From Eledone cirrhosa (Eukaryota), in NCBI GenBank assembly GCA_964016885.1, contig OZ024753.1:20398001-20462000 (forward strand): DNA of 64,000 bases. The letters run 5' to 3'. Positions within the stretch are counted from its first letter, which is position 1. Each line of letters begins with the position of its first letter. Position numbers and translations under genes: made by a program. Below the pieces are notes generated by a model that saw only the letters and a program-made list of their open reading frames with translations, was not told where the DNA came from and made no database searches. Positions 63,351-64,000 of the stretch are shown here, piece by piece.

Positions 63351-64000
63351 TACAGTATAGTGTCTGGGGTGTTGGGAAGGATCTGTGTGTGTTGTGATAC
63401 AGTGTAGTGTCTGGGGTGTTGGGAAGGATCTGTGTGTGTTGTGATACAGTATAGTGTCTGGGGAGTTGGGAAGGATCTGTGTGTGTTGTGATACAGTGTA
63501 GTGTCTGGGGTGTTGGGAAGGATCTGTGTGTGTTGTGATACAGTATAGTGTCTGGGGTGTTGGGAAGGATCTGTGTGTGTTGTGATACAGTGTAGTGTCT
63601 GGGGTGTTGGGAAGGATCTGTGTGTGTTGTGATACAGTATAGTGTCTGGGGAGTTGGGAAGGATCTGTGTGCGTTGTGATACAGTATAGTGTCTGGGGTG
63701 TTGGGAAGGATCTGTGTGTGTTGTGATACAGTGTAGTGTCTGGGGTGTTGGGAAGGATCTGTGTGTGTTGTGATACAGTGTAGTGTCTGGGGTGTTGGGA
63801 AGGATCTGTGTGTGTTGTGATACAGTATAGTGTCTGGGGAGTTGGGAAGGATCTGTGTGTGTTGTGATACAGTATAGTGTCTTGGGTGTTGGGAAGGATC
63901 TGTGTGTGTTGTGATACAGTGTAGTGTCTGGGGAGTTGGGAAGGATATGTGTGTGTTGTGATACAGTGTAGTGTCTGGGGAGTTGGGAAGGATCTGTGTG

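Larger units (their letters stand above)
1..64000 (+). repeat. 47-bp tandem satellite/minisatellite array, about 1,360 head-to-tail copies, extending beyond both window ends
   Basis: AGGATCTGTG recurs at 1, 48, 95 and so on, throughout the window. Consensus is AGGATCTGTGTGTGTTGTGATACAGT[G/A]TAGTGTCTGGGG[A/T]GTTGGGA. Two sites are commonly dimorphic (unit positions 27 and 40), and most units carry 0-2 further substitutions. No inversion or foreign insertion was seen. Confidence 0.99.

Noticed and set aside
1-64000. CRISPR array
   Set aside because: There are no unique spacers (the whole unit repeats), no palindromic repeat or leader, and no cas genes.
1-64000. Immunoglobulin class-switch region (G-rich ~49-bp repeats)
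   Set aside because: It lacks the AGCT/WGCW motifs that define switch repeats, is far longer than known switch regions, and has no flanking exons in view.
1-64000. Telomeric repeat tract (TTGGG, CTAGGG, TTGGGG)
   Set aside because: These are only isolated telomere-like words inside a 47-mer. There is no tandem TTAGGG-type run.
1-64000. Rolling-circle or sequencing concatemer artefact of a single 47-mer
   Set aside because: Variants are shared in ordered, hierarchical patterns across tens of kb, which indicates evolutionary descent rather than random error.

Overview
The whole 64-kb window is one uninterrupted, single-orientation tandem array (satellite/large minisatellite) of a 47-bp monomer, consensus AGGATCTGTGTGTGTTGTGATACAGT[G/A]TAGTGTCTGGGG[A/T]GTTGGGA, about 1,360 copies, running off both ends. 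It is strongly strand-asymmetric (about 20 G, 16 T, 8 A, 3 C per unit) and has no CpG in the consensus. I find no unique sequence, gene, RNA gene, transposon or CRISPR array. The long minus-strand ORFs are a by-product of the monomer lacking minus-strand stop codons. The real information is in the variant pattern, which shows a nested hierarchy: two related sub-repeats inside the monomer, a 30-33-monomer unit, a variable ~57-68-monomer higher-order repeat (HOR), and recent duplications with offsets of 1.6, 2.5, 4.1, 6.5, 14 and 30.2 kb. A eukaryotic (probably animal) heterochromatic or subtelomeric origin is inferred, not shown. I cannot support a novel protein-coding system here. Coordinates and counts were read by eye, and block boundaries are approximate unless stated.
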